Assembly (NCBI GenBank): GCA_051362555.1
Contig: CM120642.1
Location: 20,522,001-20,586,000, forward strand
Source: Lingula anatina
Lineage: Eukaryota; Animalia; Brachiopoda
Length of the DNA stretch: 64,000 nucleotides
Direction: 5' to 3'
Position 1 is the first letter of the stretch, and each line of letters opens with the position of its first letter. The notes under the pieces were generated by a model. It did not search any database and had not been told where the DNA came from. It was given only the letters and a program-made list of their open reading frames with translations. The translations under genes and the position numbers were made by a program. This document shows positions 24,336-35,767 of the stretch, piece by piece.

Positions 24336-27300
24336 GGCGTTTTAAATGAAAATGTAAAATATGTTGATATCCTGTCCTACGCCCTGAGTACTGAGTGTAT
24401 TATTACTACAAACAGCTATTTTTGGTTCAAAAGAATTGACATGCATTGTTCATGGGTCAAATGCTCAACATAATAGCAATGCTCGCTGCCATTATCAATG
24501 TATAGGCCGATATAGATGACGGTATTCTTTTTAGTAAAAAGGCACACGCACTGCTGTGAATCATAATACAAGTATGAAATTGTTCGCCTAAACAAATAAG
24601 GGTTCAGGCAGAATTTGATTTAATAAATAATGGTCCTAACTTGTAACGGCAATAAACTTCATTGAGCCACTTCTCAAACTGATGATGCTTGATCTTTGCT
24701 CCTTTTAAATGCGACACTTTCCCTTTGTTATGTTATCGTCTAGTGATGCACGTTTATTACCTGTGTAAGTCAGTACATGTACATTTAAAAACAATCTGTC
24801 GTGGGGCCTATATTTGGCCTACACCAGCACTGAAATCACGTCACATAAGTAAGTCTATACATGCTGCGTGCGATCCTTGGTAACGGAGGCTGATTACAAA
24901 GACGTCTAGGGTCTGTTTTTCATATTTTCTATATATACTGTCTAAGACATCCTAGCTTACGGTCTGTCCATTGCCCTGAAATCCATTCAGTAAAACCCAA
25001 TACAATCCATTCTATAGGAAAATCAATACTAGGCATATACCAAGTACAATGAATTATAGATTCACCTAGTAAAGAAGATGAGGCGAAATGAAAGCGACGG
25101 TGTGCAAAGTTGATTGTACTCAAGGAAAGTGGATGTTTTTTACCCGCACAACCGTCGGTTCCAGCACCACTCTGTCGTGATCTTTCCCCGTATCTATCTA
25201 TCCTGGGTTGTATTTCTTTTGAAGGAAATCTAGCTTACCTGTTATGTACCTTTCGATGACGAGGTTAGCAAGTCGAGATTGTCACACCCTCGTGTGCCGT
25301 TGTCTTACCTGAAGCGCGTGACCTGAAAAAAGCGCTGTGGTTGATAGTAAGGCAAACCAGGTCAAACATTGTGTCGAGTTAACCAACTGCATTGCTCCTA
25401 GTATAACACACCTGATAAATGAGAGCAGTCTCTACGCTATTTGCATGCCTCGACAAAAACCTAGATCGATCACTGATGGATAGATGGAAACACAAAGCAA
25501 GTCCTGCTATTCACATATTATGCCAGGATCTGTCACGCCTTTATTTTCTTCTTTTTTGCCTTTACATGGCACGCGGAATAATTGGCAATATGTCACTGTG
25601 TGAAATGGTATATGAGAGAGTAAACCGAATTCAAATGCACAATGACTTTACATTGGAATATCAACGAAACGGGCAATCAAAATGTGCACTGAGAACGCCC
25701 AATTGTGACAGATGAGACGTTACAATTCACTACAACCGCACTCATTCTCCCAAACACAACACAACTTCTTGTGAATACGTTTTTTTAGGGTCAACCAACA
25801 ATCCAAAGCGATTACCCCTACGCCATCTCGGTGAAACTTTATATTATTAAAAGAGGCACATTTGAAAATATTCCGGTGTGTAATTTGATAGCCATGGGTG
25901 GCGCAGCAGTAGGCCTAAGTTGTCTGAATTCTAACCCGCCAACTGTGTGCTTGTGCGTGTGCGTGCGCGCGCGTGCGAGAGCGTGAGCTTGTGTGCGTTT
26001 GTGTGTGAATGGTCCACAAGGCTCTCTTTATTTAGACTCTTTTAAGAATTTAAAAATTGAAAAGAATTTAAGAATGTAACAGATTGCACTGTAGACCCCT
26101 ACTGATGTGCGATAAATAGCAATCCAGATTTTTGTCCTCTTTTTGAAAGTGCAACTTGGCAACTCTTTCAAAAATTCATATTTATCAACAAAAACTGAAG
26201 AGCGTGCGGAACACTGGAAATGCATCTGAGCCCACAACAAACAGGCTCAACCACTGCCCACTGCCCATTAAACACTGACCAGTCCACACTCTTCTCGCCA
26301 CCACAAACTGTAAGATAGTCACTGATGTTTCAATAAATAACACTTGGCCACTACCCCCTGGTTATAAGGCACGAGTGTATGACAAATACATATATACGTG
26401 TATAATACACATAGCTCGAGGTCATTCGGTGCTGTTTGCTCTGCCTAATTTAACATCTGGGGACTGTATCACAAAAGTCCTTGGTCCGAAAATTGGTTTT
26501 AGTTTTTAGACCAGATATTCGGTCTACTTCGGATTAAGTTTAATGCATTTAGTACATTCCAATCCACTTCTATAGAGTTAGCATCGGTCTGGTATATATG
26601 TCTTGGTTGTCTTCTTATAAAACAGTCCCAATGTTGCATCAAATTGAGAACCTCTAATTTTTCTTGAGTTAGACTAATTTTTTGTCTAATTCTTTACACC
26701 TTTTTTTTTTCAGGATTAAGGCATTTTTGAAACACCCAATCCTGAATGCTATACGGCGTTTCTCGGCATTTTGTTTTTTTTTTTTTTCTAGAGGCAGGGA
26801 CCTATGATTGAGACCAGTCTAACGGCAGCGGCAAGGGGTGGGTCACAAAATGGATTAGATCAGTCACTGTGGTTAGAAATCGTAATTCGATATTATTGGC
26901 TTACATAGGTCGGCCCATGTCAGCCGGAAACCGCCCTGTGCATTCCTTAGACTACTGAATGTAAACTGTACAGGGTTTTTTTTACCCAACGACAATATTA
27001 GAAATATGCTACGCTTGCGTGTTGTATATACATCAATCTTGTACCCAGTAAGGATGTTGTCGTGATTATTCAACGCTGTTGTTATTGTTCAAGTTCGATC
27101 AATAACCTTTTCTAATAAACGTTAGTGATATGCTCACATTTGGCGTGGAACAAAAATTATTCGAATGATTTTAACTTTAATTTGGCGTTACTCCAGATCA
27201 AAAATTTTTAATGACCATCAACATTACATTAGTTTTTTTACGCAATTAAATACTTACGTTTTACTCTAACATTGAACAATTTATCCAGCGTGGGCTCTAG

Positions 27301-28153
27301 AATGTAATTTTTTTGAATTTATGTTTACGAGATGCACATTTGACTTCGGACAAAAGGTTTGCTTATGTACGACCGTATGAGTTAAGTTATAGTAATGTAC
27401 ATGTAAATGCACTATCATCTCTGCTGAGACTTCGACCAGTAGCCCATGCCATAGAATGCTTATTACATATTCTGATAAAAACGAGGCTGTTAAACGTTGC
27501 TTCTTCAAAGCAAATACATCGACGTAAATAAAGCATATTACTCAAATAAATTCAAACTTGAAGTTCCTTACAGCTTTTATCCAAAGGACTGTACTGATAC
27601 TTACAAACATTTTTTTTGGGGGGTAGTTAATCTCGTATTGATTTCACACGATTCAATATGCAAACCATCTTTATTTATCGTTTTATGTTAGATAAACGCA
27701 TTGTTAATCGGTTTGAAGGTAATGCGACCCTATAGATCCCTAATTTATTTGAAGAAATTTGACTCACATAAATCAGTTTCACCTTCAACACGTCTACGCT
27801 TGCAAAATATAGGTGCCGTGGGCGGAAGCGGGGGGGGGGGAGCAATTAAGAGCGTTAATTAATCAATTTAGTTATTGCTTAAAACCTAGACGGGTTTGAT
27901 TAAGCAGTTTTTAAACTGTCGGAACCAAAACTATTTGCTGTGCACCTTAACGGACACTCGCCTAAAGCGTAAAGTGTCTTCGGGATATTTAAAGAGTAAT
28001 GGATTCTCATGTGTCATCGTCATATGATTCGTCTTCAGGCTCAATTCTTATGATTTCATATAGTTCACGTGTTTCACTTGTCAACTAAAATACGATAAGG
28101 ATATGACAGTGGTTGGCCGCCATTGCAGTTTAGAGACAGGAACAGTGGCGGAC

Positions 28154-29575
28154 ATGTTAGACTACCATGAAAAGTATCGAGTTCTGTTTTGGGTGGTATT
28201 GTTGTCGAGTTTTCCAGGTACGTTTTCTTTATTGACGGCTCAAAAACATAACATAGACACTGAAACTAAATTGCGCTTCTTCTGGCCGATGAAATGCGCT
28301 TTCAATTTTACATTTGACATTTTTCTGAAAGAACATAACAAAGGCTTGTGCTATGACGGAAGTCCCATGATGATCTCAATCAGAATGATGCAAAATAAGA
28401 TGACACAGCAAAACACGTGTTTTGTTCACAATATTATATTTGACTATTTACAGTACACATAGCCGATCCAGTCCATTTGCTCCAGACATCAGGACTCAAA
28501 GCTAGGCAAGGTTAGTTGATATTTGTCAATATATGTCAGTTAACAATACCAACCACCAAAATTAACAAACGTAGAACAAACTGAGAGAAAATGAAATTAA
28601 GAGTTATATAAATAAATGTATCAAAGGATAAAAGGTGCACGAATGCATAAGTGCATAAATAAATATATAAAATCCAAAATGAAATGAAAATCTGTCAAAC
28701 AGCAATTGACTAACAAATGAATTTAAAACGATGAGCAATGAAGATTATTGTTGTTGACTTTTGGAACCAATTGACTCGTTGAACTACAGATAGCAGGGTC
28801 AAGATCACAACCAACGTATTCAACCAGCGTGGTAGACTGTATCCCTGCTTTCGGACGCTCAGTTTAGGGATAACAGTGCTATTCCATTGTCTTTTTGTGT
28901 AGATGGTTTCAGATTTTTAAAAATCTGCCATACAATATTGAAATGTGCGCAAAAGCGACTGACCATTTTCTCTGTGTTACAATGTACCCCTGTATCACCA
29001 CAACCCAAGAATGATCCAGATCATTTTAATCAAGAGGCATCCCGTCATGTGACTTGGAATTGTCGTATACAAAGTGGCATATTTTTCTCCACCAGGGCCA
29101 CATATTTTTTTCACTAGTTATTTACAGATATGCCTCTGGGTAAGTCATGGCACATTTCTGTACTGTGAAGAAAAGTGCACAAAATTAATCTGGTATATAT
29201 TATAATGGCATTTGACGTATATATACTTTTTTCTTATTTCACTACCTCCGATAACGATAGATTTTTGCTGAAGTTGGACAATCTGTATTTTAGTAGATAG
29301 AGCATGTAAAAACAAATATAGAAGAAATATTCAGCAAATAATCCAGCCATCACTTTTATGTCCAACGCCACAAAGATTTTTCTTGATGAGTCAAACACTT
29401 GTTTCACTTGTAAACCATACACCGAAACATTTTGTGAAATTTGTTAGAGGAATTAAACTTTTGTTATAGAAATTAGAGTTTTGTGCACTTTAGACGTATT
29501 TGTTATACTGGTTACATCTTTTGTTGATTTTGATCGAAATATGATTAAATAATAGCAAGCTCAACAGATTTGAAC

Positions 29576-29620
<45 letters not shown>

Positions 29621-32600
29621 AGTAACGAATGTGTCCTTTCTGCTACATCAGTTATAAATGGCAAAGTCACAGTCTTAAGAATGGCTCTTTCTGTTTTCCC
29701 TTCCCCAGCTTGTGTAGGTGGCCCAGCGGGTACGAAGACATGGTCGGCATCTCCGGCTGGACCAAAATGCTACAAATACTTTGTACCAAATGGTGATACG
29801 GGTGTCGACTACAATACTGCTGTTAGTTTTTGTGCTCTGCGGGCAAAAGGGGCCACGTTGGCGGTGATTGAGAACCAAGAAGAAGAAGACCTGGCAGAGA
29901 GCTTCATACCAGCTGGGTAAATAAAATTAAAGAAATTTTACCCAATTTGTAACCAGGAGTTGACATGGTTCTTATGTTTTCTAAAGAAGCAACCATTCCA
30001 CGAAAACGTTCCAATTCCAAAATGAAATATGCAGTAATATGAACTTTGCAAAACTAGGCAACTTTCAATTTTTCTCTAAAGACAAGGCATTCAGAAAGTA
30101 ACAGAAGAATCTTTACCTACACCATTTTAAACAAATATGCGTGAGATAACACAGTATAATATTTTCCGCTACGGTTATATTTTAATTATGCATAGTACAA
30201 AAGATGTAAACAGTGCTGTCAGAACCAACCATGGATAGTCTTTGTAGCTTGACGCATGCGTAATGATAATGACCCCTTGTAAGGTCAGTTTTTACCTGTT
30301 GCAGAGGTTCACTTTTCGTCACGTGGATAGGCCTCCGTAAAAACGCCAGCCAACAATGGCATTGGGTAGACGGTAGTCCTCTTAACTACGTGAACTGGAA
30401 CGGAAACCCTGAAAATAAGCCTTTGAAGGACTGTGCCGCCATAAACACTAAAAGGAACACGATTTGTTGGAAGAAACAACGGTGTAAAACCCCTGGGAAC
30501 GTCATTTGTCAAGTTAAAGTAAATAAACCTATCAACTGTTATGTTATTAAGCCACGAGGCACCAATGGTGCATTCGTTTCACAATTAACTCATAAAAATC
30601 CAGTTTTGTCATTTGCAACATGCATTTAATTTCTCTCTGGGTTGTTTTCTTTAAATGACCTTTGCGGGCCTGTAAACAAACTATTTCAGTGTTGATTATT
30701 TTTGCATATCTTTAATCATTGTCACAGATATGAATTTTGACAATGGCAAAGTATCCAATCCACAACTTTCAGTTCAAATGTGATCAGTTGTTTGATATTT
30801 TTCTCATATTTCAGGTTAAAGACGCCTGCGAACTTGGTACAGACGACTGTGCAGTAGACGCAACATGCGATGCAACCGGAGACGGATACAAGTGTACATG
30901 TTTGGATGGGTTTAGCGGCGACGGTACTTCTTGTACGGATATAGATGAATGTCTTCTGCACACAGACAACTGCGCTCCAACTGCAACGTGCCACAATACT
31001 ATTGGTAGTTTTACTTGCACCTGCCTCCCTGGTTTCAGCGGCAATGGCACAACTTGTGCAGATGTTGACGAATGTAAAACTGAAACATACCTGTGTGCAC
31101 TAAATGCCATATGCACAAACTCTTACGGAAGTTTCGAGTGCAGTTGCTTACCGGGTTATAGCGGTAACGGAATAGTTTGCAATGACATTGACGAGTGTAC
31201 ACTGGGGTTAAACAGCTGCAGTGAAGAAGCAAAGTGTATTAACTCTTATGGAAGTTATACATGTACTTGTGTAGCTGGGTTCACCGGTGACGGCATAAAA
31301 TGTTCGGACGTAGACGAGTGCAACTTGGACCAAGATCTATGTTCGAAATATGCAAAATGCAAGAACACATACGGAAGTTATGAGTGCAATTGTTCGGCTG
31401 GTTTCACTGGAAACGGTATAACGTGCTATGATGTGGATGAATGCGTTTTGAAAAAAGATGATTGCGCTGAGAATGCGACATGTACCAACACCGTGGGCAG
31501 TTTTACCTGCACCTGCCTAGCTGGATTCAGCGGCGATGGCACAAAGTGTGCCGATGTAGATGAATGTGACTTAGACACAAATAATTGCGACGAGAACGCC
31601 ACATGTGCCAACACCGTGGGCAGTTTCACCTGCACCTGCCTAGCTGGATTCACCGGCGACGGCACAAAGTGTGCCGATGTAGATGAATGTGACTTAGTTA
31701 TGAATAATTGCGACGAGAACGCCACATGCGCCAACACCGTGGGCAGTTTTACCTGCACCTGCCTAGCTGGATTCACCGGCGATGGCACAAAGTGTGCCGA
31801 TGTAGATGAATGTGACTTAGTTATGAATAATTGCGACGAGAACGCCACATGCGCCAACACCGTGGGCAGTTTTACCTGCACCTGCCTAGCTGGATTCACC
31901 GGCGATGGCACAAAGTGTGCCGATGTAGATGAATGTGAGTTAGATACAAATAATTGCGACGAGAACGCCACATGCGCCAACACCGTGGGCAGTTTTACCT
32001 GCACCTGCCTAGCTGGATTCACCGGCGACGGCACAAAGTGTGCCGATGTAGATGAATGTGACTTAGTTATGAATAATTGCGACGAGAACGCCACATGCGC
32101 CAACACCGTGGGCAGTTTTACCTGCACCTGTTTAGCTGGATTCACCGGCGACGGCACAAAGTGTGCCGATGTAGATGAATGTGACTTAGTTATGAATAAT
32201 TGCGACGAGAACGCCACATGCGCCAACACCGTGGGCAGTTTTACCTGCACCTGTTTAGCTGGATTCACCGGCGACGGCACAAAGTGTGCCGATGTAGATG
32301 AATGTGACTTAGTTATGAATAATTGCGACGAGAACGCCACATGCGCCAACACCGTGGGCAGTTTTACCTGCACCTGCCTAGCTGGATTCACCGGCAACGG
32401 CACAAAGTGTGCCGATGTAGACGAATGTGACTTAGACACAAATAATTGCGACGAGAACGCCACATGCGCCAACACCGTGGGCAGTTTCACCTGCACCTGC
32501 CTAGCTGGATTCACCGGCGACGGCACAAAGTGTGCCGATGTCGATGAATGTGACTTAGATATAAATAATTGCGACGAGAACGCCACATGCGCCAACACCG

Positions 32601-35600
32601 TGGGCAGTTTTACCTGCACCTGCCTAGCTGGATTCACCGGCGACGGCACAAAGTGTGCCGATGTCGATGAATGTGACTTAGATATAAATAATTGCGACGA
32701 GAACGCCACATGCGCCAACACCGTGGGCAGTTTTACCTGCACATGTCTAGCTGGATTCAGCGGCGATGGCACAAAGTGTGCCGATGTCGATGAATGTGAC
32801 TTAGATAAAAATAATTGCGACGAGAACGCCACATGCGCCAACACCGTGGGCAGTTTTACCTGCACCTGTCTAGCTGGATTCAGCGGCGATGGCACAAAGT
32901 GTGCCGATGTAGATGAATGTGACTTAGACACAAATAATTGCGACGAGAACGCCACATGCGCCAACACCGTGGGCAGTTTTACCTGCACCTGCCTAGCTGG
33001 TTTCAGTGGCGACGGCACAGCATGTAACGACGTTAATGAATGTTTCCTGCAAACGGATAACTGCGCCAAAGATGCGACATGCACCAACACCATGGGCAGA
33101 TTCACTTGCACTTGCCACGCTGGTTTTAGTGGTGACGGCATAACATGCGAAAAAATCATAAGTAAGTTATAGGCCTATTGAATGTATAATATCTTTCGAC
33201 ATTATACTTTATTTAACTGAAGTCTTGACCAGTTAACATCAAACTATCATAAGGAATAATGAGTTTTTTTTTTTATTTTTCAGCTTGCCCTGGTGGACCG
33301 CCGGGTACAGAGACTTGGAACTCTACCTCAGATGGAACTAAATGCCTCAAATTCTTTGGAACAAACAACTCTGTGAATGTCGACTACGTTTCTGCCTCTA
33401 GTCTATGTCCACAGCTGGCAGCTGGGGCAACTTTATCTGTGATTCTACACCAGAATGAAGAGGATTTGGCTGAGAGTCTGATACCAAAAGGGTAATTGTA
33501 ATTCATGTCGTGGTATGGGTGATTTGACGCATTTGAATGTTTGACAGTTGCCAGTGTAACGCGACAGAGAGTCCCCCGTAATAGAGGGGCTGCTTCTCAT
33601 TATTTTGCATATGTAAGCCTCGCCCTAGATTTTGACCCATTTAGGTAAGGCTAACCCTAACCATTATAACTAAATGAAGGGCGGACTTTCTGTTACACAG
33701 ACCCTCAGTTTCATCACACCAGTATGACCATTACTTACACAGCTGTTGTATTTAAAACAATATCAATCATAAAATAACTATTTAAAAGCTTACGGTATAA
33801 AATGTCCTCAGCCACTGATATCAACCGATTTAAAAACATGGAATGGAGACTCTCGTTATAGCTAGTTCATTAATTTTTGTTTTGATTATGAAACGCTTCA
33901 AAAGTTTATTGATCAGTCAGCAATAAAGATGATAAACATACATGATGGCAATACAGACAGTTACAACACACGATTTGCTTTGCCTTGCAATTAAAAAAGC
34001 GCCTAGAAACCAAAGTCTCGAATTTGAAAAACAACACTAATTGTGACAAATAAAAATAACAGCGCCAAAGACTTACGATTTTGATATTCTTTTCAAGTGT
34101 TAGAATTTTTCTATTCATATTTAATGATAAGGCGTGCAAGGCTTCATATATGTGGTTCTGCGGCAATTATTCCTCATTTCTTTCCAGCGTCGTACCGTTC
34201 GCCACATGGATAGGGCTCTCCAGAGGGAAGACACGCCCATGGTGGTGGATAGATGGCACTGCTGTAACCTACGTGAACTGGGACGGAGCAGGAGGTGGTG
34301 AATCAAGGCCTAATCCAAGGAAGAATTGTGCCGCCATTAACACGAAAAGAAACCCAAAGTGGAAGGAACAAAAGTGTGCAGCGCTGGGAAACTTCATATG
34401 CCAAGTCATGGTATGTCAACAGTCAAAGTGCGAAGTCCAGTTGCCATTATATCCATATCCTTCTAGCTCCATATAACATAATATCTGTATCCATCTAGTT
34501 CCATATACCATGATATCCGTATCCATTTAGTTCCATATACCATGATATTCATACCCATAGTCATATACCATGATATACATCCATCTATTTCCATATACCA
34601 TGCTATATATATCCATCTAGTTCCGCGTGCTAGTATATGCAAACCATCTCGGTTCGTATGACCTGCTATCCAAATCCAGTGTTTTATTCTTGGTGCTACC
34701 ATATCCATATCTTCTGTCTACACGAAATTATATCTAATGGCTCGTCATATTTGGATTTCCACATCTGGTCACTAATCGGGATCTGACCGTCAGCGCACTT
34801 CAAATGAACAATTTATCAAAACACGTGCCCCGCTGGTCGATAAAAGTTTTTCATTAAAAAAGCCTTACACGCACACAGACTAAATGTATTTTAATATCTG
34901 AGAAATGAGCGGCTGTCATAAAATACCTCGAATAAACTTATGACCACATTTTTATCCAATGCCCAAGTGTTTTATGTAACGCAAAAGGCTTAAATATAGT
35001 AGCAAGAGTACTTTTTTATTTATTCATTCATTTATTTACTTATTTATTTACGCTTAACATACAACACAATGAGTAAAAATGGGAGTTAAAATGCTAATAA
35101 GTTAGGTGGACAGAAATGGACATGTGGCGCCATTAGCCAAAAACACTCTTTTTGTTGTCGAACGTTTATTTAAGTCTCCAAGACACTGTTTACCAGTGAT
35201 TTCCAAGACACTAGTTTGCCAGTGATTTCCAAGACACTAGTTTGCCAGTGATTTCCAAGACACTAGTTTGCCAGAGATTCCCAGATCCTATCTGCATGTT
35301 CCTCAAACGCATATTCTTGGGGTCCTCCTGCTTGTTCAGACTTGCTTCAGCCAAGCAAATCAATTAGAAGGATTAGTAGTTACGTCACATGCCCTTTTAC
35401 GGAGGCACTATAAGTTTTAACTGGACATTAAAATGGACGTTTATGATTATAGTAGTAATATACGACCACCAGTGTCCACTTATGGAGATATGAAAATAAA
35501 AACGCTGGCGCGAATCCAGAGTAACCCTGTCCTGTTTGGGCTCGAATTATGTTCAAACCGATTCTTGTTCCAGATGTTCATCGTCACTAATGGATATCTG

Positions 35601-35767
35601 AAACTTAGCTTCCGTTTGTTTGTATCTTTTAGGTGAACGGACGAGGCCCAGCGCCCGACAACGGTCGTTCTGTCCCAAGAAAGCCCGTGAGTCCGAGACC
35701 CTCCCCGGGTCCACCCCGTAAACGGTTGCCCATTCCACATAAACTACGACCACCCAGTCTGCACTGA
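28154..35767 (+). CDS. Secreted C-type lectin domain / calcium-binding EGF repeat protein: SP-CTLD-(EGF)19-CTLD-Pro/Arg-rich tail, about 1132 aa
   Basis: Exons 28154-28217 (signal peptide-like MLDYHEKYRVLFWVVLLSSFP), 29709-29916, 30305-30518 (WIGL...W.WVDG...Y.NW...DCAAI...W....C...ICQ), 30815-33161 (19 x 123-nt EGF repeats of DVDEC type), 33284-33491, 34188-34410 (second CTLD) and 35633-35767. Total 3399 nt in frame. No TM segment was seen. Confidence 0.85.
31555..33030 (+). repeat. Coding tandem array of 12 near-identical 123-bp cbEGF units
   Basis: The unit DVDECDL(D/V)xNNCDENATCANTVGSFTCTCLAGF(T/S)GDGTKCA is repeated with only a few nucleotide differences between copies. Confidence 0.95.
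33554..33697. mobile_element. Short (about 145 bp) MITE family member; inverted copy at about 36269-36417 and a degraded copy near 47810-47960
   Basis: Ends GTGTAACG..CAGA.AGTCC / GGACTTTCTGTTACAC with an internal ctaaccctaacc. The 36269-36417 segment is its reverse-complement homologue. Confidence 0.7.
34470..34625. repeat. Intronic minisatellite, 29-32 bp unit, about 5 copies
   Basis: Repeated units resembling ccatataccatgatatccgtatccatttagtt. Confidence 0.8.
35178..35282. repeat. Intronic minisatellite, 26-bp unit x4
   Basis: ccaagacactagtttgccagtgattt repeated four times with few changes. Confidence 0.9.

Noticed and set aside
31426-33159. 577-aa minus-strand ORF
   Set aside because: It is the antisense shadow of the EGF tandem array; a stop-free repeat unit stays open when repeated.
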